Source of the DNA: Delftia acidovorans NBRC 14950
GTDB taxonomy: Bacteria > Pseudomonadota > Gammaproteobacteria > Burkholderiales > Burkholderiaceae_C
Reading direction: 5' to 3'
Assembly: GCF_001598795.1 (NCBI RefSeq)
Contig: NZ_BCZP01000008.1
Span: 180,001 to 212,000 of the forward strand
Length of the DNA stretch: 32,000 nucleotides
The position numbers and the translations under genes were made by a program. Every line of letters starts with the position of its first letter. The stretch's first letter is position 1. Of the stretch, positions 16,790 through 24,414 are shown in pieces. The notes beneath the pieces are model-generated. The model saw only the letters and a list, made by a program, of their open reading frames with translations. It had not been told where the DNA came from and made no database searches.

Positions 16790-16800
16790 GGCACCGTGCC
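16790..16800. promoter_or_regulatory. Palindrome GGCAC-N1-GTGCC about 120-130 bp upstream of the candidate -24 element; possible activator (UAS) site
   Basis: Read directly (ggcaccgtgcc). A 1-nt centre cannot form an RNA hairpin, so a protein site is more likely. A second small dyad GCAAA-N6-TTTGC lies at 16739..16754, and an IHF-like GATCAATGCCTTG (minus strand) at 16724..16736. Confidence 0.2.
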
Positions 16801-16848
16801 GGCTGCGCAGGCTTGCGGCAGCCAGGGCGGCCTGCCGCGCTCCCAGGC

Positions 16849-17421
16849 TCAAGCGCCCTGTTGCGCCTTCATCCTCGTCCAGGCCTTGAAGAGGATGGAC
16901 TGCAGGCTGGCACGCTCGCCCTCGTCCAGGTAGTCGACCAGCGATTCGCACATGCGCCAGAAGGCCGGCAGCGCGCGGGCCAGCACCTCGCGGCCCTGGT
17001 CGGTGAGCGCCAGGTCGAAGCTGCGGCGGTCTTCCTGGCTGAGGCTGCGCGCCAGCAGCGAGCGCTTTTCCAGCCAGTCCAGCAGGCCCGTCACCGACGA
17101 GCGCGTCACGCCGACGTAGCTGGCGATATAGGAGGGCGTGACCACCGTGTCGCCCAGCAGCCCGCGCTCGGCCAGGCCGAAGATCATGAGCACGTCGAGC
17201 TTGCTCTCGGACAGGCCGAACGCCTGCAGCGATGCGTTGGCGCGCTGCTCCACATCGTCGGCCAGCCACAGCAGCAGCAGGCCCAGGCCGGCGGCCGGCG
17301 TGTCGGTGCCGGGCTGCGCGGTCTCGGCCATCAGGGCCAGGTGCGGGCGCAGCGCGTCGGGGGCGTTGGCGAGGGGGGTGGAATCGGGGGCCGGTGCGAC
17401 AGCGGTCTTGCGCGGACTCAT
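16849..17421 (-). CDS. MarR-family transcriptional regulator
   Basis: 190-aa ORF. Winged-HTH core (LSESKLDVLMIFGLAE...TPSYIASYVGVTRSSVTGLLDWLEKRSLLARSLSQEDRRSFDLALTDQGREVL). Confidence 0.9.
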   Translation of the reverse strand: MSPRKTAVAPAPDSTPLANAPDALRPHLALMAETAQPGTDTPAAGLGLLLLWLADDVEQRANASLQAFGLSESKLDVLMIFGLAERGLLGDTVVTPSYIASYVGVTRSSVTGLLDWLEKRSLLARSLSQEDRRSFDLALTDQGREVLARALPAFWRMCESLVDYLDEGERASLQSILFKAWTRMKAQQGA

Positions 17422-17495
17422 GGGAGTGGATGGAAGCGGGTGAAGGCGGGTTGAAGCCGGGAGAAGAAAGGGCGGTTGATTTTACGGCTTTCATA

Positions 17496-17530
17496 TATTA
17501 CGCTTTGTGTATAGTACGTTAAGCGTATTA
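17496..17530. promoter_or_regulatory. Inverted repeat TATTACGCTT-N15-AAGCGTATTA (one mismatch; perfect core TACGCTT/AAGCGTA) in the marR / VOC divergent promoter region
   Basis: Read directly in the most AT-rich stretch of the window. It overlaps -10-like hexamers TATAGT (17510) and TATTAT (17526). A second near-palindrome TACGTTAAGCGTA lies inside it. Confidence 0.4.
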
Positions 17531-17562
17531 TTTGGCGGCACACAAATCTGCAAGGACATCCC

Positions 17563-18021
17563 ATGCCCATCAAAGTTCTGGAACTCCACCATGTCGGATT
17601 CGGCGTCAACCACGCCCAGGCCGACGCCATGCTCGACTTCTACCGCGAAGTGCTGAACCTGCCCCAGGACGCCGCGCGCTGGAAGATCCCCGGCATCTAC
17701 GGCTCCTGGATCAACCTGCCCAACGGCAGCCAGTTGCACATCCTGGGCAGCGAGGGGCCGTCGCGCTATGCGCAGGGCCCGGGCAAGGACCCCGTGTCCA
17801 ACCACATCGCGCTGGCCGTGGACGACATCCTCGGCGCCGAGCAGGAGCTGCTGGCGCGCGGCGTCGATTACTTCACGCTGGACAACGTGGCATCGCCCAG
17901 CCTCAAGCAGCTGTTCCTGCGCGACCCGGCCGGCAACCTGGTGGAACTGCACCAGTCCAATGCGCGCGCCCCGGGCATCGCCCAGGCCGAGCAGGACGCG
18001 GCGCGCGCCGGCAACGAGTGA
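17563..18021 (+). CDS. VOC-superfamily protein (glyoxalase / bleomycin-resistance / extradiol dioxygenase fold), single module
   Basis: 152-aa ORF. LELHHVGFGVN...FYREVLNL...LHIL...NHIALAVDDI...FLRDPAGNLVELHQ pattern typical of the betaalphabetabetabeta VOC fold. Confidence 0.85.
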   Translation: MPIKVLELHHVGFGVNHAQADAMLDFYREVLNLPQDAARWKIPGIYGSWINLPNGSQLHILGSEGPSRYAQGPGKDPVSNHIALAVDDILGAEQELLARGVDYFTLDNVASPSLKQLFLRDPAGNLVELHQSNARAPGIAQAEQDAARAGNE

Positions 18022-18060
18022 CGCGACGCCCTCCCTTTTTCCCTTTCCCTCCGGAATCCC

Positions 18061-18747
18061 ATGTACTTTGAAATGCAATCGCTCAACAGCGAGCAGCGCA
18101 GCAACATCCTGCACTCCCTGGTTCTGCCCCGTCCCATCGCCTGGATCAGCTCGGTGGACGGGGACGGCACGGTCAACGTCGCGCCGTTTTCCTTCTTCAA
18201 CGCCATGTCGGGCGATCCGCCGCTGCTGTGCGTGTGCATCGGCTCGCGCCAGGGCGTGCTCAAGGACACGGCGCGCAACATCGCGGCCACGGGCGAGTTC
18301 GTGGTGAACCTGGTGTCCGAGCCGCTGGCGCGCCGCATGGCGGTGACGGCCATAGAGTTCGGCGCGCAGGTGGACGAGTCGGCCCAGGCCGGCCTGGTCC
18401 TGGGCGATGCACGGCGGGTGAAGGCGCCGCGCATCGTGGACAGCCCTGCGTCCTTCGAGTGCCGCGTGCGCCAGATCATCGATATCGACGGCGTGCGCAG
18501 CCTGGTGCTGGCCGATGTGCTGGCCGCCCATGTCATGGACGCGGCCGTGGTCGATGGCGAGCTTATGTACTTCGACCCCGCGCCCATGGAGCTGATCGCG
18601 CGGCTGCAGAACCCCGGCTGGTATGGCCGCGTGGGCGATGCCTTCCAGATGCCCACGCCTTCGGTGGCGCAGTGGGATGCCATGCAGCGCCAGGGCGTGT
18701 CCGACGGCTACCTGGCCTGGGCCGACGATGGCGCCGCCGCGCGCTGA
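18061..18747 (+). CDS. Flavin reductase-like FMN-binding split-barrel protein
   Basis: 228-aa [40 protein letters not shown] and FVVNLVSE motifs. Confidence 0.88.
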   Translation: MYFEMQSLNSEQRSNILHSLVLPRPIAWISSVDGDGTVNVAPFSFFNAMSGDPPLLCVCIGSRQGVLKDTARNIAATGEFVVNLVSEPLARRMAVTAIEFGAQVDESAQAGLVLGDARRVKAPRIVDSPASFECRVRQIIDIDGVRSLVLADVLAAHVMDAAVVDGELMYFDPAPMELIARLQNPGWYGRVGDAFQMPTPSVAQWDAMQRQGVSDGYLAWADDGAAAR

Positions 18748-18757
18748 AGGGCCGCCC

Positions 18758-19561
18758 ATGCTTGCGCAACACACCATAGACAGCCTGGCGGCCGAGCTGC
18801 ACGCCAGCGAAAAAAGCCGGGTGCAGGTCCGGCACTTTTCCCGCCGCCATCCCGACATGACGGTGCAGGACGGCTACGCCATCTCGCGCGCCTGGATGCG
18901 GCTCAAGCGCGCCGAGGGCCGCACGGTCAGGGGCCACAAGATCGGCCTGACTTCGCGTGCCATGCAGCAGGCCGTGCAGATCACCGAGCCCGACTACGGC
19001 ACCCTGCTGGACGACATGTTCTTCGAGCCCGGCGGCGACATTCCCTTTGCGCGCTTCATCGCTCCGCGCGTGGAGGTGGAGCTGGCCTTCGTGCTGGGCC
19101 GCACGCTCAAGGGGCCGGGCGTCACCCTGTGCGATGTGCTGGCCGCCACCGACTGGGTGGTGCCCGCCGTGGAAATCATCGACGCCCGCATCGAGCAAAA
19201 GGACCGCGATACCCAGGCCATGCGCACGGTGCGCGACACCATCGCCGACAACGCGGCCAATGCCGGCATCGTCATGGGCGGGCGGCCCGTGCGCCCAGAC
19301 GCGGTGGATCTGCGCTGGGTGTCGGCGCTGCTGCAGCGCAACGGCGTGATCGAGGAGTCCGGCGTGGCGGCCGCCGTGCTCAACCATCCGGCCACGGGCG
19401 TGGCCTGGCTGGCCAACCGGCTCGCGCAATGGGATGAGCAGCTGGACGCAGGCCAGGTGGTGCTGGCCGGCTCGTTCACGCGGCCCGTCACGGCCCAGGC
19501 CGGTGACAGCTTCCATGTGGACTACGGGCCGCTGGGCTCCATTGCCTGGCGCTTTGCCTGA
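18758..19561 (+). CDS. hpaH: 2-oxo-hept-4-ene-1,7-dioate hydratase family protein (HpaH/HpcG; FAH/MhpD-like fold)
   Basis: Trimmed to ATG 18758 ([14 protein letters not shown]...). Long colinear matches to recalled E. coli HpaH: [96 protein letters not shown]. Confidence 0.88.
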   Translation: MLAQHTIDSLAAELHASEKSRVQVRHFSRRHPDMTVQDGYAISRAWMRLKRAEGRTVRGHKIGLTSRAMQQAVQITEPDYGTLLDDMFFEPGGDIPFARFIAPRVEVELAFVLGRTLKGPGVTLCDVLAATDWVVPAVEIIDARIEQKDRDTQAMRTVRDTIADNAANAGIVMGGRPVRPDAVDLRWVSALLQRNGVIEESGVAAAVLNHPATGVAWLANRLAQWDEQLDAGQVVLAGSFTRPVTAQAGDSFHVDYGPLGSIAWRFA

Positions 19562-19589
19562 GCTTCGTCCGCAGTGTGGCGATGGTGTC

Positions 19590-19664
19590 GCCTGCGGCAC
19601 AGTCCGCAGGCCCGGCGCGTCGCCGACAATGCAGCGGCGCCGCCCGCCACCGGTGCGCGGGCGG
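19590..19664 (+). terminator. Two consecutive GC-rich hairpins after the hydratase gene (possible terminator or attenuator, no U-tract)
   Basis: GCCTGCGG cacagt CCGCAGGC (19590..19611) and CCGCCCGC-caccggtgc-GCGGGCGG (19640..19664, extendable with one bulge), read directly. Confidence 0.3.
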
Positions 19665-19699
19665 CGGCTGCAATACATGCACTACAGGATGGACAAGCA

Positions 19700-20470
19700 A
19701 TGGAGATGAAGAACGCAAAGACGGCCGTGGTCACGGGCGGAGGAACCGGCGTGGGCAAGGCCGTGGCGCTGGCCCTGGCGGGCGCGGGCTACCAGGTGGT
19801 GGTGGCGGGCCGCCGCCAGGCGCCGCTGGATGAGACCTGCGCCGAGGCCCAGGCAAAGTACGGCGCAGGCGAGCGCATGCTGGGCATTGCCACCGATGTC
19901 AGCGACCCGGCTGCCGTGGAGCAGCTGTTCGCGCGCACGGTGCAGCGCTTCGGTCGCGTGGACCTGCTGTTCAACAACGCGGGCCGGGGCAATCCGCCCG
20001 GCTCCTTCCTGGACTGGACGCCCGAGCAGTGGCGCGAGGTGGTCGATGTCAATCTCAACGGCATGTTCTATTGCCTGCAGCAGGCGTTCCGCACCATGCG
20101 CGACCAGTCGCCGCGCGGCGGCCGCATCATCAACAACGGCTCCATCTCCGCGCATGCGCCGCGCCCCAATTCCAGCGCCTACACGGCCACCAAGCATGCC
20201 GTCATGGGCCTGACCAAGACCGCTGCGCTGGACGGCCGTGCCTACGACATCGCCGTGGGCCAGATCGACATCGGCAATGCCATGACCGAGCTGGCATCGC
20301 GCATGGCCAAGGGCGTGCCCCAGGCCAATGGCGAGATCGCGGTGGAGCCGCTGATCGACGCGGATGTGGTGGGCCAGTCCGTGCTCTACATGGCCAGCCT
20401 GCCGCTGGAGGCCAACGTGCTGTTCCACACGGTGATGGCCACCAAGATGCCCTTCGTGGGCCGGGGCTGA
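19700..20470 (+). CDS. Short-chain dehydrogenase/reductase (classical SDR)
   Basis: Trimmed to ATG 19700 ([23 protein letters not shown]...). Contains TGxxxGxG, NNAG and YTATK (YxxxK). Confidence 0.9.
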   Translation: MEMKNAKTAVVTGGGTGVGKAVALALAGAGYQVVVAGRRQAPLDETCAEAQAKYGAGERMLGIATDVSDPAAVEQLFARTVQRFGRVDLLFNNAGRGNPPGSFLDWTPEQWREVVDVNLNGMFYCLQQAFRTMRDQSPRGGRIINNGSISAHAPRPNSSAYTATKHAVMGLTKTAALDGRAYDIAVGQIDIGNAMTELASRMAKGVPQANGEIAVEPLIDADVVGQSVLYMASLPLEANVLFHTVMATKMPFVGRG

Positions 20471-20488
20471 ACCGGCAAGGGCAGGTCT

Positions 20489-21508
20489 TCAGGCCTGCAC
20501 GCGGCGGCTCGCCGTCTCGGACGGGAGCTCGCCGAAGCGGCTGCGGTACTGGGCCGCGAAGTGGCCCAGGTGCAGGAAGCCGTATTTCTGCGCCACGTCG
20601 CGCACGCCGGTTCCGGCTGCGACGCCCGGGCCCTTGGCTGCCTGGAGTTCGGCGCGCACGCGGTCCAGCCGCAGCTGGCGCAGGAAATCCATGGGCCCCA
20701 TGCCCGCGTGCTGGCGGAAGGCGGCCTGCAGCGTGCGCGCGCTGCAGCCGGCCTCGCGGCAGACATCGGCCAGCGACAGGGGCTGGTCGGCATGGGCCTG
20801 CATGTACTCCTGGGCCTTGCGCACGCCGCGCGGCAGCAGGCTGCGCCGGCTGTCCCCGGCCAGTGCGCGGCTGTGGCTGTGCGTGGCCGACATCAGCAGG
20901 CTGGTCAGCAGGTATTCCTCCGCATGCTGGGCCAGTGCCTGCGTGGCCTGCAGGGCGTTGCCCGCATCCAGCGTGTGCCGCAGGCAGTCGATGAAATGCA
21001 CCAGCGGTGCCAGCGCCGGCTGGTCCAGCGGCACGCCCAGATCGAACACGAGCGGCCGGCCTGCGGGCGCCTGCAGCAGCGCCTCCAGCCGCGCCACCAG
21101 GGCCGGGCGGGCCATGCGCACGATCAGGTGCGGGCTGTCGTCGGCCCAGCGCATGGACAGCGGCTCGGTCGGCGAGGGCAGGGAGGCCAGGCGCGGCGTG
21201 GCATCCACCTGCTGCGCGCCGCAGCGGATCTCGGCACTGCCGCGCAGGGGAATCTGCAGCAGGAAGAAATCCCGCAGGTAGCCGGGCTCGATGTGCACGC
21301 CGGGACCGTACTGCACATAGTTCAGGCTGACGTTGCGGGAAAGCGGCGCGCTGTGGTGGCAGGCGTCCAGCTCGGCGCGCGGGCGCAGCATGCCCAGGCC
21401 ATGCGGACAGAAGACGCGCGCCACGCTTTCGCGGGCCTCGTCCATGTCGTGGCTCTCGAAAAGCCGGTAGCGCTGCAGCGGCAGCGGTGTGTGCATGGCG
21501 TGTTCCAT
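20489..21508 (-). CDS. AraC/XylS-family transcriptional regulator (iifR-like position)
   Basis: Only the last 339 aa of the 1115-aa track ORF, from ATG 21508 (MEHAMHTPLPLQRYRLFE...). C-terminal double HTH (LSLADVCREAGCSARTLQAAFRQH...VRDVAQKYGFLHLGHFAAQYRSRFGELPSET). Alternative start at ATG 21496. Confidence 0.88.
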   Translation of the reverse strand: MEHAMHTPLPLQRYRLFESHDMDEARESVARVFCPHGLGMLRPRAELDACHHSAPLSRNVSLNYVQYGPGVHIEPGYLRDFFLLQIPLRGSAEIRCGAQQVDATPRLASLPSPTEPLSMRWADDSPHLIVRMARPALVARLEALLQAPAGRPLVFDLGVPLDQPALAPLVHFIDCLRHTLDAGNALQATQALAQHAEEYLLTSLLMSATHSHSRALAGDSRRSLLPRGVRKAQEYMQAHADQPLSLADVCREAGCSARTLQAAFRQHAGMGPMDFLRQLRLDRVRAELQAAKGPGVAAGTGVRDVAQKYGFLHLGHFAAQYRSRFGELPSETASRRVQA

Positions 21509-21688
21509 AGGCTGGGCAGAACGTAGCAAAAACCACCCGCTCCCACAATTCGGACCATTCCCCGGGAGCCAATTTCTGCGCGCCAGGGACAGCGCCTGCG
21601 CTTGCCGGATGCCTGCGCGGCCCGGCCCCCCGTAACGTGTGCTGCACAGGCCAGCCCGGCCTGGCATCCACACGGGAGAACAAGCGTC

Positions 21689-22480
21689 ATGTTCAAGGGA
21701 CTCGAAGGCAAAAGCGCCATCGTCACCGGCGGCTCCACACTGATAGGCGCCGGCGTGGTGCGTGCGCTGCACGCGGCCGGCGTGAAGGTGGTCATTGCCG
21801 ACATCGATGCCGACAACGGCCAGGTGCTGGCCGATGCGCTGGGCGAGGGCGCGCTTTTCGTGCGCACCGACATCACCGACGACGCGCAGGTCGCCGCCTG
21901 CGTTCAGCAGGCATGCAGCCGGCACGGCGGCGTGCACATCCTGGTCAACCTGGCCTGCTCCTATGTGGATGAGGGCCTGCAGTCGCCGCGCGCGGACTGG
22001 CTGGCCTCGTTCAACGTGAACGTGGCCAGCGCCGTGGCCATGCTGCAGGCCGTGCACCCGCACATGGTGGCCGCCGGTGGCGGGGCCGTGGTGAACTTCA
22101 CCAGCATCTCCTCCGAGGCCGCGCAGACCGGGCGCTGGCTCTACCCGGCCAGCAAGGCGGCCATGAAGCAGCTCACGCGCAGCATGGCCATGGACCTGGC
22201 GGCCGATGGCATCCGCGTCAACAGCGTCTGCCCGGGCTGGACCTGGTCGGCGGTGATGGACCGGCTCAGTGGCGGCGACCGCGCCAAGACCGACCGCGTG
22301 GCCGCGCCCTTTCACCTGCTGGGCCGCGTGGGCGATCCGCACGAGGTGGCGCAGGTGGTGCTGTTCCTGTGCTCGGACCATGCCAGCTTCGTGACGGGGG
22401 CTGACTACGCGGTGGACGGCGGCTACGGCGCCATGGGGCCCGAGCGGGCCGTGGCCGCCATCCCCCAATTGATGGACTAG
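21689..22480 (+). CDS. Short-chain dehydrogenase/reductase (iifB-like position in an indole-oxidation-type cluster)
   Basis: Trimmed to ATG 21689 (GGGAGA upstream): MFKGLEGKSAIVTGGSTLIGAGV... Contains YPASK (YxxxK) and IRVNSVCPG. Confidence 0.9.
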   Translation: MFKGLEGKSAIVTGGSTLIGAGVVRALHAAGVKVVIADIDADNGQVLADALGEGALFVRTDITDDAQVAACVQQACSRHGGVHILVNLACSYVDEGLQSPRADWLASFNVNVASAVAMLQAVHPHMVAAGGGAVVNFTSISSEAAQTGRWLYPASKAAMKQLTRSMAMDLAADGIRVNSVCPGWTWSAVMDRLSGGDRAKTDRVAAPFHLLGRVGDPHEVAQVVLFLCSDHASFVTGADYAVDGGYGAMGPERAVAAIPQLMD

Positions 22481-22516
22481 TACGCAGTACGGACACGGAG
22501 CCGCAAGGAGACAGCC

Positions 22517-23812
22517 ATGAAGAAAATCGCCATCGTCGGAGCCGGCCAGTCGGGCCTGCAACTGGGCCTGGGCCTGCTGGCCGCGGGCCATCAGGTCACG
22601 ATACTGAGCAACCGCACGGCGCAGGACATCGCCCAGGGCCGGGTCATGTCCAGCCAGTGCATGTTCGACAGCGCGCTGCAGATAGAGCGCGGCCTGGGCC
22701 TGGACCACTGGTCGCGTGAATGCCCGGTGGTCGAGGGCATCGGCCTGTGCGTGCCGCATCCGGCGCAGCACGGCGAGAAAGCGGCCGACAAGGCCATCGG
22801 CTGGGCGGCGCGTCTGAACGCGGGCGCGCAGTCCGTGGACCAGCGCCTGAAGATCCCCGCATGGATGGACGACTTCCGCCGCCAGGGCGGCGAGCTCGTG
22901 CTCAAGGACGCGGGCATCGCCGAACTGGAGGAATGCACGCGCAGCCATGACCTGACCCTGGTCGCCAGCGGCAAGGGCGAGATATCGAGGCTGTTCGAGC
23001 GCGATGCCCACCGCTCGCGCTTCGACCAGCCCCAGCGCGCGCTGGCGCTGACCTATGTGACGGGCATGAAGCCGCGCGAGCCGTTCTCCGCCGTCTCCTT
23101 CAACCTGCTGCCGGGCGTGGGCGAGTATTTCGTGTTCCCGGCGCTGACGACCACGGGCCCCTGCGAGATCATGGTGTTCGAGGGCGTGCCCGGCGGCCCC
23201 ATGGACTGCTGGGGCGATGTGAAGACACCGGAGCAGCACCTGGAGCGCAGCCGCTGGATCCTCGACACCTTCGTCCCCTGGGAGGCCGAGCGCTGCCGCG
23301 ACATTGCGCTGACCGATGACAACGGCATCCTCGCGGGCCGCTTCGCCCCCACGGTGCGCAAGCCCGTGGCCACCCTGCCTTCCGGGCGCAAGGTGCTGGG
23401 CATGGGCGACGTGGTGGTGCTCAACGACCCCATCACGGGCCAGGGCTCCAACAACGCGGCCAAGTGCGCCGACACCTATCTGCGCAGCATCCTGGCGCGC
23501 GGCCATGGCGACGGCAATAGAGACGGCAATGGCGCATTCGACGCCGCCTGGATGCAGCAGACCTTCGACCGCTACTGGTTCGGCTATGCGCAATGGGTCA
23601 CGCAGTGGACCAACATGCTGCTGGCGCCACCGCCACCCCATGTGCTCAAGCTGCTGGCCAGCGCGGGCACGCTGGCACCGCTGGCCAGCGCCTTTGCCAA
23701 CGGCTTCGATGACCCGCGCACCTTCTTCCCCTGGTTCGCGGACGCGGGCGAGGCGGACCACTACATCGACAGCTGCGCGGCCATCGCCGCCATGGCAGCC
23801 GTCCCCGCCTAG
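22517..23812 (+). CDS. StyA-like group-E flavoprotein monooxygenase (styrene/indole monooxygenase oxygenase component)
   Basis: 431-aa ORF. MKKIAIVGAGQSGLQLGL dinucleotide-binding motif. Colinear with recalled Pseudomonas StyA (KPQRAL, LGMGD...DP.TGQG.N.A, WTN..L). Confidence 0.9.
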   Translation: MKKIAIVGAGQSGLQLGLGLLAAGHQVTILSNRTAQDIAQGRVMSSQCMFDSALQIERGLGLDHWSRECPVVEGIGLCVPHPAQHGEKAADKAIGWAARLNAGAQSVDQRLKIPAWMDDFRRQGGELVLKDAGIAELEECTRSHDLTLVASGKGEISRLFERDAHRSRFDQPQRALALTYVTGMKPREPFSAVSFNLLPGVGEYFVFPALTTTGPCEIMVFEGVPGGPMDCWGDVKTPEQHLERSRWILDTFVPWEAERCRDIALTDDNGILAGRFAPTVRKPVATLPSGRKVLGMGDVVVLNDPITGQGSNNAAKCADTYLRSILARGHGDGNRDGNGAFDAAWMQQTFDRYWFGYAQWVTQWTNMLLAPPPPHVLKLLASAGTLAPLASAFANGFDDPRTFFPWFADAGEADHYIDSCAAIAAMAAVPA

Positions 23813-23826
23813 CCACAGAGGCCGCC

Positions 23827-24354
23827 ATGAGCACATGCGACACCCCGGCCGCCGCCACGGCCTGCTCCTTCGATCCGCGCGAGCTGCGCAAGGCCTTCGG
23901 CCAGTTCACCACGGGCGTGACCGTCATCACCACGCGCGCGCCGGACGGGCGGCGCGTGGGCATGACGGCCAACTCGTTCTCCTCGGTCTCGCTGGACCCG
24001 CCGCTGGTGCTGTGGAGCCTGGCGCGCCAGGCGCCCAGCGTCTGCGATTTCCAGGGCGCCAGCCATTTCGCCATCCACGTGCTGGCTGCGGGCCAGCACC
24101 TTCTGTCGCGGCGCTTTTCCACGCCGCAGCAAGACAAGTTCGGTGGCCTGGACTGCGCGGAAGGCCCGGCCGGCGTGCCCCTGATCGATGGCGTGCTGGC
24201 CCGCTTCGTCTGCCGCAACGTCCGGCAATACGATGGCGGCGACCACCTCATCTTCATCGGCCAGGTCGAGCGCTGCGAACGCTTCGACGGCGAGCCCCTG
24301 GCCTTTCACGCGGGCTACTATCAGGTGACGGTGCGGCACCCCGAATGCGTATGA
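23827..24354 (+). CDS. NAD(P)H:flavin oxidoreductase, HpaC/StyB-type reductase component
   Basis: 175-aa ORF. LRKAFGQFTTGVTVITT, GMTANSFSSVSLDPPLVLWSL and DHLIFIGQV motifs. Confidence 0.9.
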   Translation: MSTCDTPAAATACSFDPRELRKAFGQFTTGVTVITTRAPDGRRVGMTANSFSSVSLDPPLVLWSLARQAPSVCDFQGASHFAIHVLAAGQHLLSRRFSTPQQDKFGGLDCAEGPAGVPLIDGVLARFVCRNVRQYDGGDHLIFIGQVERCERFDGEPLAFHAGYYQVTVRHPECV

Positions 24355-24414
24355 CGGGTCATGAAAAAAGCGGCACCGCAGCTTTCCCCACCCTTTGAAA
24401 CGGAGACACCCCCC

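Noticed and set aside
16789-16803. Perfect -24-like TGGCAC followed by N5 and CGGC on the plus strand (GG-N10-GC spacing correct)
   Set aside because: The -12 region lacks TTGC. The orientation would drive transcription antisense into the 3' end of marR, with no plus-strand gene to serve. The motif is more simply half of the GGCAC-N-GTGCC palindrome, which is reported as a possible activator site.
17491-18858. 455-aa minus-strand ORF, together with 18563..19678 (371 aa), 19682..20428 (248 aa), 23809..25305 (498 aa) and 27157..28251 (364 aa)
   Set aside because: They are antisense to plus-strand genes with clear motifs (VOC, flavin reductases, HpaH-like, SDR, DLH fusion, PanE-like). I recognised no motif in them.
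20481-20498. Short stem GCAGG-N8-CCTGC between the convergent SDR and AraC genes
   Set aside because: The stem is only 5 bp, it overlaps the AraC stop codon and it has no U-tract. That is too weak to call a terminator.
20202-21683. 493-aa minus-strand ORF and other Arg/Pro-rich alternative-frame ORFs across the window
   Set aside because: They are out-of-frame overlaps of real genes. The extreme Arg/Pro/Ala composition is characteristic of wrong-frame translation of GC-rich coding DNA.
21509-23836. N-terminal 776 codons of the 1115-aa minus-strand ORF 20489..23836
   Set aside because: This part is antisense to the SDR and the StyA-like oxygenase, both of which have clear family motifs on the plus strand. 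Only the last 339 aa (from ATG 21508) form a coherent AraC-family protein.
24361-24414. Upstream ATG 24361 as the start of the DLH fusion protein
   Set aside because: It is not excluded. However, ATG 24415 has a properly spaced GGAG, and the DLH fold begins shortly after it. The 18 extra residues (MKKAAPQLSPPFETETPP) have no counterpart that I recognise.
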